From contig JACPIJ010000068.1 of NCBI GenBank assembly GCA_016188145.1, positions 1 to 42,278 on the forward strand: a DNA stretch of 42,278 nt, written 5' to 3'. The DNA comes from Candidatus Woesearchaeota archaeon (GTDB taxonomy: Archaea; Nanobdellota; Nanobdellia; Woesearchaeales; UBA10216). The notes beneath the pieces are model-generated. The model was not told the DNA's origin and searched no databases. It worked only from the letters and a program-made list of their open reading frames with translations. Position numbers and translations under genes: made by a program. Positions 16,656-24,558 of this stretch are shown here, one piece after another (positions within the stretch are counted from its first letter, which is position 1; each line of letters begins with the position of its first letter).

Positions 16656-18365
16656 CTAGTTGTGGCAGTAAATGAACGACAGCTCCTTTTCGTTTTTGCT
16701 TTCCAACCTGCAAAAGCCGAACCTCGCAAACTGCACAATTTCTCCTGCCTTCACGTCAGCTGCCGCAGCTTCTGCCAGCCCCTTGCTTGTGTTTCCATCA
16801 GGCATCAGCACTTTCACGTTAAGAAGTCTTTTATCATCTGCAGGCAGCCAGTGTATGATGATGCTGCCGCTCATCCTGTAGCGCTCGTACTCAACCGAGT
16901 CAAACACAAAGCCGCTGTCAGACTTCCTGAGGTTGAGGCAGTCCATCAGCCTGACGAGTGAAGCGCCTTTCAGCTTTGAGATTGCGTCAAGGTCTTTCTT
17001 TGACAGGTAGAAAGTGTCGCTGACGGAAAACTGCCTGCTGCCACGTTCTGGCAGGTCAGGGTGGAGCTTAAGCTCTACTTTTTTCTGGGGAGCGCCTTTC
17101 ACAGTTACCTTCTGCGGATTTTCAATGTAAAAATAGCGGTTGCATTTCGGGTCAAGTACTTTCCTGTTGACTGCTGAAATCAGCTGCCAGTCAAAGTTTG
17201 TCTCTGTTGGCGAAAGCCCGACCTCAATCGCAAGCTCCCAGAACGTTTCAGGCTGCACTCCTCTCCTCCTGAGCGCTTTAATCGTGACAAGCTGCGGGTC
17301 ATCCCAGCTTTTAATTGCACCGGTTTCCATGAGCTTTCTTATCTCCCTTCCCTGAGTTACAGCTCCCCTGACGTTGAACCTTCCGTACTGGATTATGGTT
17401 TGCTTCGGCAGCTTGAGAAGGTCTTTGATCGTGTCCTGAAGCTCTATCCTCATTGTGCCGAACTCGCTGCTCCTCATAACATGGGTAATGCCCATCGTGC
17501 CGTCTTCGACTGAATTGGCAAAGTCGTACAGGGGCCAGACGCAGTACTTCGCCCCCTGCAGGTAATGCTCCTTATAAGTCACCCTGAACAGCACCGGGTC
17601 GCGCATAACATGATTGGGCGAGCCCATATCACCGTTCAGCCTTAACACAGCCTCGCCTTCCCTGTACTTTTTGTCAAGCATTCTCTTCCATTCCTCGATG
17701 TTTTGCTTAATGCCGTTCTTCCTGCAGCTGCAGCCAAACCCCTCATGACGAAGCTCCCTCATCTTCTCCTGGGTGCAGAAACAAACAAAGGCATTGCCCT
17801 GCCTTATCAGCTTTTCAGCCTGCTCATAAAGCGTGGGCAAGTCGCTGCTGATGCTGACAACCTTGACTGGCTGTATCATCAGGTACTTTATGTCTTCGAG
17901 CATCGCATCAGCATACTCTTTTTTTGCCATTTCCGGATTGGTGTCCTCAAACCTTACAAAGCACTTGCCATTGTATTTTTTAGCGTACATGTAATTTATG
18001 AGAAAGCTCAGCGCATGCCCTATGTGTGCATACTTTGAAGGCTCAGGAGGAATCCTTGTAACAACCTTGCCCATCACAGCATTCCTGAGCTCAGGCAGGT
18101 CCTTCCTCTCGGCCTTTCTCTTCTCAAGGAGCTCAGGCGCCAGCTTGCCAAGCTCCTCGACCTGCTTTTCAACATCAAGCCGGTTGACAGATTTAAGCAC
18201 GGCACTGACAGCAGCAGCTATTTCCTTTATCTCCGGCTTCAGGGAAGGGTTCTCGGCCAGAATCTTACCAATCACAGCGCCGGATGCAGCCTTGCCCCCG
18301 AACTGGGCAGCGTTCTGCAGGGCATACTTCCTTATCGTGGTTTCAATGTCTTTCGGCAGCGCCAT
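16656..18365 (-). CDS. gltX: Glutamyl-tRNA synthetase, archaeal/eukaryotic type
   Basis: The N-terminus has a YqeY-like helix bundle (IRKYALQNAAQFGGKA). The class I HIGH motif is AHIGHAL. FVRFEDTNPE, ITHVMRSSEF and the overall layout fit GluRS. A TATA-like AAAGGTTTAAATA lies upstream on the minus strand. Confidence 0.93.
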   Translation of the reverse strand: MALPKDIETTIRKYALQNAAQFGGKAASGAVIGKILAENPSLKPEIKEIAAAVSAVLKSVNRLDVEKQVEELGKLAPELLEKRKAERKDLPELRNAVMGKVVTRIPPEPSKYAHIGHALSFLINYMYAKKYNGKCFVRFEDTNPEMAKKEYADAMLEDIKYLMIQPVKVVSISSDLPTLYEQAEKLIRQGNAFVCFCTQEKMRELRHEGFGCSCRKNGIKQNIEEWKRMLDKKYREGEAVLRLNGDMGSPNHVMRDPVLFRVTYKEHYLQGAKYCVWPLYDFANSVEDGTMGITHVMRSSEFGTMRIELQDTIKDLLKLPKQTIIQYGRFNVRGAVTQGREIRKLMETGAIKSWDDPQLVTIKALRRRGVQPETFWELAIEVGLSPTETNFDWQLISAVNRKVLDPKCNRYFYIENPQKVTVKGAPQKKVELKLHPDLPERGSRQFSVSDTFYLSKKDLDAISKLKGASLVRLMDCLNLRKSDSGFVFDSVEYERYRMSGSIIIHWLPADDKRLLNVKVLMPDGNTSKGLAEAAAADVKAGEIVQFARFGFCRLESKNEKELSFIYCHN

Positions 18366-18518
18366 ATCAACACCAAATGAAAAGGGTTCTGGGGAGCGTA
18401 TTTAAACCTTTTTGCCGAAAAAGGTTTATCAAAAACGGTTGAAGTTTACCACAGCCACTGTTTTGTCAGAAGGTTTATTAAGTTACAACTTGAAATGCTA
18501 TTCATGGAGGTGGCTTGA

Positions 18519-18767
18519 ATGAGCATTGAAACGGTAATAGAGTTACTGATAAAAGCATGGGACAAAGTGGCTTATGAAAAGATGAATCAAACTGAGAAAA
18601 TCATTTATTATATTGGCCTATTGTTTAATGCTACAGGAACTGTAATTTCTCTTATACTCTTATTCAATGGTTGGTCAAGATGGTGGGCTCCTTTGTCAAT
18701 TTCTTGGATGATTGGGATTCCCATGATTTGGGGGGCTCGAACTTATGCTTTAAAAAAGAAAGGTTAA
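18519..18767 (+). CDS. Small membrane protein (two predicted TM helices)
   Basis: GGAGGTGG lies upstream of the ATG. Hydrophobic segments are IIYYIGLLFNATGTVISLILLF and WAPLSISWMIGIPMIWG. Confidence 0.45.
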   Translation: MSIETVIELLIKAWDKVAYEKMNQTEKIIYYIGLLFNATGTVISLILLFNGWSRWWAPLSISWMIGIPMIWGARTYALKKKG

Positions 18768-19183
18768 TAGCCACTTTATAGCCAAAGCCAACAAGTGCTG
18801 TTGTTGAGGTTAAAAAATAAGAAAAAAGCCGGGTTCCGAAACCGGCAAACGCGCTTGCTTTATTTGCAAGCAACCATCCAGGTCTTTGTATTCTTAATAA
18901 GTAGACTACTTAATATACTTTCGCCTGAAAATTTTTCGATTTTTGGGCTTATGAGCACTGGACACTGGACAGATGCCCGGCGAGGGTATTTAAACTACTT
19001 CTTCTAAAACGCTCGGAGGACCGCAGAGCTGCCAAATTATGCTTTTCCCCTGCTTCGCATGGTCGCTAATCGCTAAAAGCAATTAGGCAGCTCCGCTCAG
19101 TGTCCTCCTCGCCCTAAACGTAAGATTTCTCAGCCAAGCGTGAGAAATCTCAACAATTGATTGAGGTCTCAGAGGTAAAGAAA

Positions 19184-19939
19184 ATGAGAAGATTGCCAGA
19201 AATGCTTCAGCAAGAAATCGAGTTAGAAATAGCCGAAGGCACTTCTTTAAATGCAATATCGAATTCTTACAATATTGGTAAATCAACGTTGTATTATTAC
19301 TATAAGAAAATTAAAGGGAAGAAATTTGTTCCTCCGAATGTAACTCCTGTTCTTTCGGAAGAAACTGGAGAAATCCTAGGGATTTTTGCAGGCGATGGAA
19401 GCCAATATTTTGAGGCGAGGAACTACCATTATGAAATTAATGTGCATTTTGGACATAAAAAGTTAGCCTATGCCAATTATGTTAAAGCACTATTTGAAGG
19501 GTTTTTTAAGAAGAAGTTTAGGTTACAAAGAGAATCGCATGAATTAAGACTCAGAACGTATTCTAAAGAAATTTTTTATTTCTTCAATAATTTTATATCT
19601 TATAATCCTAAAATAAAACATTCGACTGTTAAGCTAATTTCAACGTCAGTACCTGCTAATTTTAAGATTGGTTTCCTACGAGGTTTATTTGATACTGACG
19701 GATCTATACTCTACATTAGAAAACAAAAAAGAGTACGAATAGCTTACTGTACAACATCTTTAGAACTCATGAGACAAGTGAAATCCATAATGGACGAATT
19801 CGGTTTAAAATACGGGGTTTACACAGACCACCCAAAAAGACATAAGGACATTTATCGTATGACTTTGTGGAAAGAAAGCAACAACATATTTTTAAATACG
19901 ATAGAACCTTTCAAAAAACGTTTATTATTGGGCCGGTAA
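19184..19939 (+). CDS. Free-standing double-motif LAGLIDADG homing-endonuclease-like protein with an N-terminal HTH
   Basis: The two LAGLIDADG-type motifs are ILGIFAGDGSQYF and GFLRGLFDTDGSI. The HTH reads ISNSYNIGKSTLYYYY. ATG 19184 lies behind GAGGT. The gene is markedly AT-rich by eye. Confidence 0.85.
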   Translation: MRRLPEMLQQEIELEIAEGTSLNAISNSYNIGKSTLYYYYKKIKGKKFVPPNVTPVLSEETGEILGIFAGDGSQYFEARNYHYEINVHFGHKKLAYANYVKALFEGFFKKKFRLQRESHELRLRTYSKEIFYFFNNFISYNPKIKHSTVKLISTSVPANFKIGFLRGLFDTDGSILYIRKQKRVRIAYCTTSLELMRQVKSIMDEFGLKYGVYTDHPKRHKDIYRMTLWKESNNIFLNTIEPFKKRLLLGR

Positions 19940-20028
19940 TTCAACCTGGAATCGGTTAAAACGGTGGGTAATAGAATGCGCCGCTGGCCGCGGTGATGCT
20001 TCGGGTTCAAATCCCGACCGGTCCACCA
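19930..20028 (+). tRNA. tRNA-Ala (anticodon GGC) with a ~22-nt non-canonical intron in the D-loop and an encoded CCA
   Basis: The acceptor GGGCCGG/CCGGTCC contains a G3:U70 pair. The D-arm is ATTC-AACCTGG[intron 19950-19971]TA-GAAT. The anticodon arm is CGCCG-CTGGCCG-CGGTG and the T-arm is TCGGG-TTCAAAT-CCCGA. The gene ends in ACCA followed by a T-run. The spliced length is 77 nt. C at position 37 is unusual. Confidence 0.75.
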
Positions 20029-20057
20029 TTTTTACTTTCGAGCTGGTGTTTTATCAA

Positions 20058-20954
20058 ATGAAAGCAGGATTTTGGTATGCAATTCTCTCATCGCTTTTCC
20101 TCTCAACAGGCTTCATCCTTGCAAAGCACTTTCTCCAGTACACCAATCCTGAAACCCTGAACACGCTGTGGTTCGGTATTGCGTTTGTAGTGTCGATTCT
20201 ACTGCTGCTGATTAGGAACGCTTCGAAAACCCTCAGGACGTTTAGGGAGCACTGGAAAGACGGCGTGGTCATTGGAGGGGCTAACGCTGTTGCCGCAGCC
20301 TTCTGGTTTCAGGCGATAAACATTGCAGGCCCAACCCTGACTGCGTTTCTGGTGAGGTTTAGCACAATCTTTATCATATTTCTGGGAATATTTTTCCTGA
20401 AGGAGAAGCTGCACTTGCAGGACATAGCCGGCATGGTGATTGCAGTGGGTGGCGCTTTTACGATAAGCTTTGCCAACGGAGAATACCTGACAATGGGAGT
20501 GGCGGTGGCGCTTGCAGCCTCTTTTGCAATAGCCGTGCACCAGGTGCTGTCAAAGGTTTACGTCAAGAGTATAAATCCTTTGGCGCTTGTAAGCCTCAGG
20601 ACGCTTTACACTGCGCTGTTCCTGCTCATATACGCTGTTGCCTTTTCAAAGCTTCAGCCTTTCCCGCTGAGCCAGCTGCCTTTCCTTACCATTGCGGTAG
20701 CAGTTAACGCTGTTCTCGGCTTTGTCTTCTTCTACAAGGCGCTTGAGCTCCTGGACGTTTCAAAGGTTGCAATAATCAGGACGCTTGACCCGTTCGTTGT
20801 TGTCGTATACGCGCTAATTATCTTCCAAACGCTCCCGTCGCTTAACGAGCTCTCCGGAGGCACGCTCGTAGTTATTGGCGTGCTGGCAACAATGTACGGC
20901 CACAACATCAGGACAATTCTAAGAGCTGTGAAAGGCCTGCCGTGGTTTGGGTAA
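20058..20954 (+). CDS. EamA/DMT-superfamily transporter (10 TM)
   Basis: The protein has two EamA-like halves and is hydrophobic throughout. The first ATG is at 20058; the track ORF starts at GTG 20046. Confidence 0.85.
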   Translation: MKAGFWYAILSSLFLSTGFILAKHFLQYTNPETLNTLWFGIAFVVSILLLLIRNASKTLRTFREHWKDGVVIGGANAVAAAFWFQAINIAGPTLTAFLVRFSTIFIIFLGIFFLKEKLHLQDIAGMVIAVGGAFTISFANGEYLTMGVAVALAASFAIAVHQVLSKVYVKSINPLALVSLRTLYTALFLLIYAVAFSKLQPFPLSQLPFLTIAVAVNAVLGFVFFYKALELLDVSKVAIIRTLDPFVVVVYALIIFQTLPSLNELSGGTLVVIGVLATMYGHNIRTILRAVKGLPWFG

Positions 20955-21006
20955 TGCAATGATAAAATTTTTATAAACGTAACATAGCAGCAACTGGTTA
21001 ATAAAA

Positions 21007-21444
21007 ATGGCAGCAGCAAATAATGCTAAACGAGCGAATGATTGCATCTTCTGCAAGATAATCGAAGGGGGCCTGCCTGCGTACAAGGTTTACGAAGACA
21101 CCAACGTTATGGCTTTTCTGGACATTTTTCCGATACACCCAGGGCACGTGCTCGTTGTTCCGAAGAGGCACTACACCGACATCTTTGACACACCCGAGAA
21201 AGACCTCCAGAACGTCATCGCAGCTGCAAAGAAAATCTCTCCTGCTGTTATGAAAGCAACAAATGCCGATGCTATAAACATTGGCATGAACAACAGACCT
21301 GCCTCGGGCCAGGTAGTTATGCATACCCACCTGCACGTAATTCCCCGTTACAAGGACGATGGCCTGAAAACATGGCCGCAGAGGCCCTATAACAACGACG
21401 CAGAGAAGGAACACGTTGCGGCCGCAATAAAAAGTTCGCTGTGA
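21007..21444 (+). CDS. HIT-family (histidine triad) nucleotide hydrolase
   Basis: CIFCKII, HVLVVPKRH and the histidine triad HTHLHVIP are present. A TATA-like TTTTTATAAAC lies about 35 nt upstream. Confidence 0.9.
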   Translation: MAAANNAKRANDCIFCKIIEGGLPAYKVYEDTNVMAFLDIFPIHPGHVLVVPKRHYTDIFDTPEKDLQNVIAAAKKISPAVMKATNADAINIGMNNRPASGQVVMHTHLHVIPRYKDDGLKTWPQRPYNNDAEKEHVAAAIKSSL

Positions 21445-21502
21445 ATGTCTAAGTTCTCCATCAAAAACCTTTAAAAGCTGCTCAAGATGCCGATTGTGTC
21501 AT

Positions 21503-21725
21503 GTCGGGGTAACTCAGCCTGGTTAGAGTGCGGCGCTCATATGTTTGAGCGATGAGCCGAGCAGTCGGCGATGAACTTACTCTACCAGAACGGGGAGACG
21601 CCGTTGTCGCGAGTTCAAAAAGCCCTTTTTTGCTTCGCAAAAAAGCCCTTGGGGAAAACGTTTTCCGCCAGCGCTTTTGCGAGTAGCAACGAGCAAAAAG
21701 GGCTGTGAAAGTCTCGCCCCCGACA
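21503..21725 (+). tRNA. tRNA-Met or tRNA-Ile2 (anticodon CAT) with two introns: 37/38 (21542-21597, 56 nt) and T-loop 59/60 (about 21620-21711, 92 nt)
   Basis: The acceptor is GTCGGGG/CCCCGAC and the D-arm is ACTC-AGCCTGGTTA-GAGT. The anticodon arm is CGGCG-CTCATA|intron|A-CGCCG and the variable loop is TTGTC. The T-arm is GCGAG-TTCAAA|intron|T-CTCGC. The discriminator is A and no CCA is encoded. Confidence 0.8.
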
Positions 21726-21731
21726 CTATTT

Positions 21732-22478
21732 TCAATGCGCGCCTTCCAGCGCTTTTACGATGCCTGCCTTTCTTTCCTGGTATGCCGGCCTTACCGCATG
21801 GACAGTTGCGTCAGGGAACATCCTGGCAACAGCCACGATTCCCCTTAACTTTTCGCTTGCCTCACAGCTCTGGTATTCAGAGCCAATGAAATGCTGGCCT
21901 TTCAAAAGCTGCCATGCAGCTTCTGCATACAAGAACTTGCCGACGTTATTTGCAAAGAGACCGCAGTCAGGATGCGCCATGAGCCAAATCCTCATGGCAG
22001 CTGAAGCCTTTGCAGAACAATACTGGACCAGAGCCATCAAAACTGCCTGAGCTACGTCTCCAGCTGCGCCGTTGGGCTTTCCGAAAGCAAATCCCGTGCC
22101 TTCCTTCCCGTTTACGAAAGCGTAGGCATCTCCCGGAATGCCCATGACTATAGTGCTTTCTCTAGTGCCTTCTCCCAGCGCAAGCTGTACAACCCCTTTT
22201 GGAAGATTCTCATTGACACTATCCTTTGTTATTTCCTTAAAGCTGTTTGAAGCGGCATCGTACACTAAGAAAAGCTGCCTGAACTGCTTGGAATCGCCTG
22301 CCTGCTGGACATGGCTGTCATCGTACCAAACATCGGCTTCTTGGCATTCTTCGCCTAACGACCGTGCGGGGTATTTCGGGTCCACGCAGGTCACGATAAA
22401 CCTCCACGCCTTCTGCTGTGCGCTTTTAGCTCGCAATATATCTTCGACCCGTTCGCCAATCTTTGCCATTTTTGTCAT
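21732..22478 (-). CDS. Hypothetical protein
   Basis: This 248-aa ORF has no competing frame and is divergent from the GT4 gene across a shared AT-rich promoter region. No motif recognised. Confidence 0.6.
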   Translation of the reverse strand: MTKMAKIGERVEDILRAKSAQQKAWRFIVTCVDPKYPARSLGEECQEADVWYDDSHVQQAGDSKQFRQLFLVYDAASNSFKEITKDSVNENLPKGVVQLALGEGTRESTIVMGIPGDAYAFVNGKEGTGFAFGKPNGAAGDVAQAVLMALVQYCSAKASAAMRIWLMAHPDCGLFANNVGKFLYAEAAWQLLKGQHFIGSEYQSCEASEKLRGIVAVARMFPDATVHAVRPAYQERKAGIVKALEGAH

Positions 22479-22583
22479 TTGAGGCGCAGAGGCCTGTTTT
22501 TAAGCCTTTCCCGTTTGGGATGGAGCGGATACGTGGTTGTTGTAAATATTTATAAAAAAGCTGTTGCTGCCAACTCGGTTAAG

Positions 22584-23742
22584 ATGAAGATAGCTCTTGT
22601 CTGCCCTTACGACATAGCATACCCTGGAGGGGTAACCAATCACGTTACCCAGTTTGCCCAATACGCAAGGAAAGTGGGGCACGACGTGGCAGTAATAGCA
22701 CCTACCTCACGAAAAGGCGCATACGAAGGGGTTATTTCGTCCGGGAAAGCAATCCCTTTTCCAATAAAAGGCGGCACTGTGCCGAGGCTTTCTTTCTCAT
22801 TCTGGAATTATCCTGAAATAAGAAAACTGTTTGTAAGCGAGAAATTCGACGTGATACATGTTCACGAGCCGGGGGTTCCGCTACTCGGCTTCGCTGCACT
22901 GGCCTGCGCGCCCCAGCGCCTTAGCGCAATAGCTGCCACGTTTCACACCAATGCGCCTTACAACTTCTTGTACAAGACTTACGGCAAAGTTGCCAAGCTG
23001 TCAAAGCTTGCTGACAAGCTGTTGAGGAAGGTTGACGTGAAAATAGCCGTTTCCGAAGCAGCCAAAATGTTTGCCTCAAGATACGTCACCGGGGAATACT
23101 GCATTATTCCTAACGGCGTAGACGTGGAGCACTTCTCGCCTGAGACAAAGCCAATCGGGCATTACAGGGATGGCAAGGTTAACATCCTGTTTGTAGGCAG
23201 GCTTGGGAACTACGAAAAAAGGAAAGGGCTGAAGTATTTGGTTTCGGCTTTCAACAAGCTGCATGCCAACCATCCAAACGCCAGGCTGCTGGTTGTGGGG
23301 CCAGGCAAGCCCCAGGTATTACGCAACAGCTGACATCTTTTGCTCGCCAGCAACGCATGGCGAAAGCTTCGGAATGGTCCTTGTCGAGGCAATGGCTTCC
23401 GGAAAGCCTGTTGTGGCTTCTAACATTGACGGCTACAGGAACGTCGTTTTAGGCAGCAGCGGAAGCGGCAGGAACAGCAATGCCGTTAGCACTGGTGGCT
23501 TTGATGGCTTGGTCAGAACCGAAGCCGGAATCCTGGTGCCTCCGGGAAATCCGCATGCGCTGGCTGACGCTTTGGAAGAGCTGGTCACTAACGAAGCCTT
23601 AAGGCTCAGCATGGGAAAGAGCGGGAGACGAATAGTCATCAAAAACTTCAGCTGGGACGTTGTTGCGCCGCAGATCCTGGCGGTTTATGAGAGAGTTATT
23701 GCGGCAAAACGGCAGCGAGAAGTAGTAACTGCAAAAGTTTAA
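22584..23742 (+). pseudogene. GT4-family glycosyltransferase, disrupted by an internal deletion and frameshift
   Basis: The N-terminal half (22584-23333) reads MKIALVCPYD...YPGGV...ILFVGRLG..KG...ARLLVVGPGKP and then hits a stop. The C-terminal half continues in the +1 frame from about 23318 (YYATADIFCSP..ESFGMVLVEAMASGKPVVAS...GILVPPGNP). The roughly 35-45 aa that normally separate these motifs are missing. Confidence 0.7.
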
Positions 23743-23755
23743 GCGCCGGGACAGG
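23742..23755 (-). repeat. Duplicate of the tRNA-Ser(CGA) 3' end (AGCGCCGGGACAGG on the plus strand)
   Basis: This 14-nt stretch is identical to 23884-23897. It lies 128 nt beyond the tRNA 3' end and directly abuts the GT4 stop codon. Confidence 0.8.
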
Positions 23756-23885
23756 TGTCCTCACCGCTGCTGCGGCTCGGGACCTGCCCGTCGCTATGTG
23801 GATTTCTTGGTCAAGCTTACTTCGGCTTAGAGCCGAAGGATGTTGCTTCTCCAGCAACATTCTTTGCTTGCCAAAGAAGGTTGAG

Positions 23886-24077
23886 CGCCGGGACAGGGAT
23901 TTGAACCCCGATAGCTTTCGCAATCCGCTTTCTTTCTGACCGTTTCCCACGTCGCTTTGAGGCGACGGGGCCCAATCGTGCTTCGCACGATTTGGGTTTG
24001 GTCAAGCTTTTTGCAAGCCGCAGCGCGCAAAAAGATTGTTCGAGGCGGACGGACGCACCGGATCGTCCACTCCCGGC
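23886..24077 (-). tRNA. tRNA-Ser (anticodon CGA), class II, with a 109-nt intron at 37/38 (23930-24038)
   Basis: The acceptor is GCCGGGA/TCCCGGC and the D-arm is GGAC-GATCCGGTGC-GTCC. The anticodon arm is TCCGC-CTCGAA|intron|A-GCGGA. The 13-nt variable arm is TTGCGAAAGCTAT and the T-arm is CGGGG-TTCAAAT-CCCTG. The discriminator is G. Position 8 is G, which is unusual. Confidence 0.8.
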
Positions 24078-24204
24078 AATAAGGGCAGCTCCACGCCGCC
24101 CTTATCAACCCTACGGCAAAATACCAAGCTTATAAAGATTGTCAAGAAATAATAATGCTAATTTGGTAACCCTACAAATATCTCAAACATTTCATTTTGC
24201 AGGG

Positions 24205-24558
24205 TTATAACGCCTTTACTTTCCTAATCATCAGGCCGCCTGTTGATGGGATTATTTTGACGGTTACGCCTTTGCTAAGGTTCATATGGCTGGCCAGCTC
24301 CTGTGGAATTGTTACTGCCAAGCTCCTGCCTGTAACAGTTATTTTTCTATGGAAGCCGAAAGTGCTTTCGATAAGCGCATTTGTCCTTTGCTTCATGCGT
24401 GCTGCTTGTTCCCCACTGAAGAACACGTTGCCGCATTTAGGGCACTCGTAAGCTGGTACGTTGCTTAAAGCGTGGCCTTCCAGATACTCGTAACTTGGAA
24501 GCAGTGCCAGCTTCATTTCAGAGTCACACTTTGCGCAGTAAATAGCACCTTCCTTCAT
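24205..24558 (-). CDS. Antitoxin-like protein: YgiT/MqsA-type zinc ribbon + SpoVT/AbrB-like domain
   Basis: Two CxxC pairs are present (CAKC...CPKC). The C-terminus reads RKITVTGRSLAVTIPQELASHMNLSKGVTVKIIP. Its ATG overlaps the toxin stop (ATGA at 24555-24558). Confidence 0.7.
   Translation of the reverse strand: MKEGAIYCAKCDSEMKLALLPSYEYLEGHALSNVPAYECPKCGNVFFSGEQAARMKQRTNALIESTFGFHRKITVTGRSLAVTIPQELASHMNLSKGVTVKIIPSTGGLMIRKVKAL

Noticed and set aside
16463-16961. Plus-strand ORFs (70, 119 and 69 aa) opposite the histone-fold gene and the GluRS 3' end
   Set aside because: They are antisense to well-supported genes and have no start context.
19950-19971. Possibility that the LAGLIDADG ORF is encoded inside a tRNA intron (classic intron-homing arrangement)
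   Set aside because: A complete tRNA-Ala, apart from a 22-nt insert, can be assembled entirely downstream of position 19930. I found no matching 5' tRNA half upstream of the ORF, so the ORF is adjacent to the tRNA rather than inside it.
22479-22583. 35-aa N-terminal extension of the GT4 ORF
   Set aside because: It contains the TATA-like AAATATTTATAAAAAAG of the divergent promoter region. GT4 enzymes characteristically begin MKIALV..., which is the internal Met at 22584.
23810-23880. Series of three hairpins considered as a possible mini CRISPR-like or repeat array
   Set aside because: The stems have unrelated sequences. There are no direct repeats of constant length with spacers, and no cas genes in the window.
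23696-24108. Three minus-strand ORFs (84, 62 and 93 aa) across the tRNA-Ser(CGA) locus
   Set aside because: They run through a well-supported tRNA gene, its intron and the hairpin-rich relic. They have no start signals or protein-like composition.
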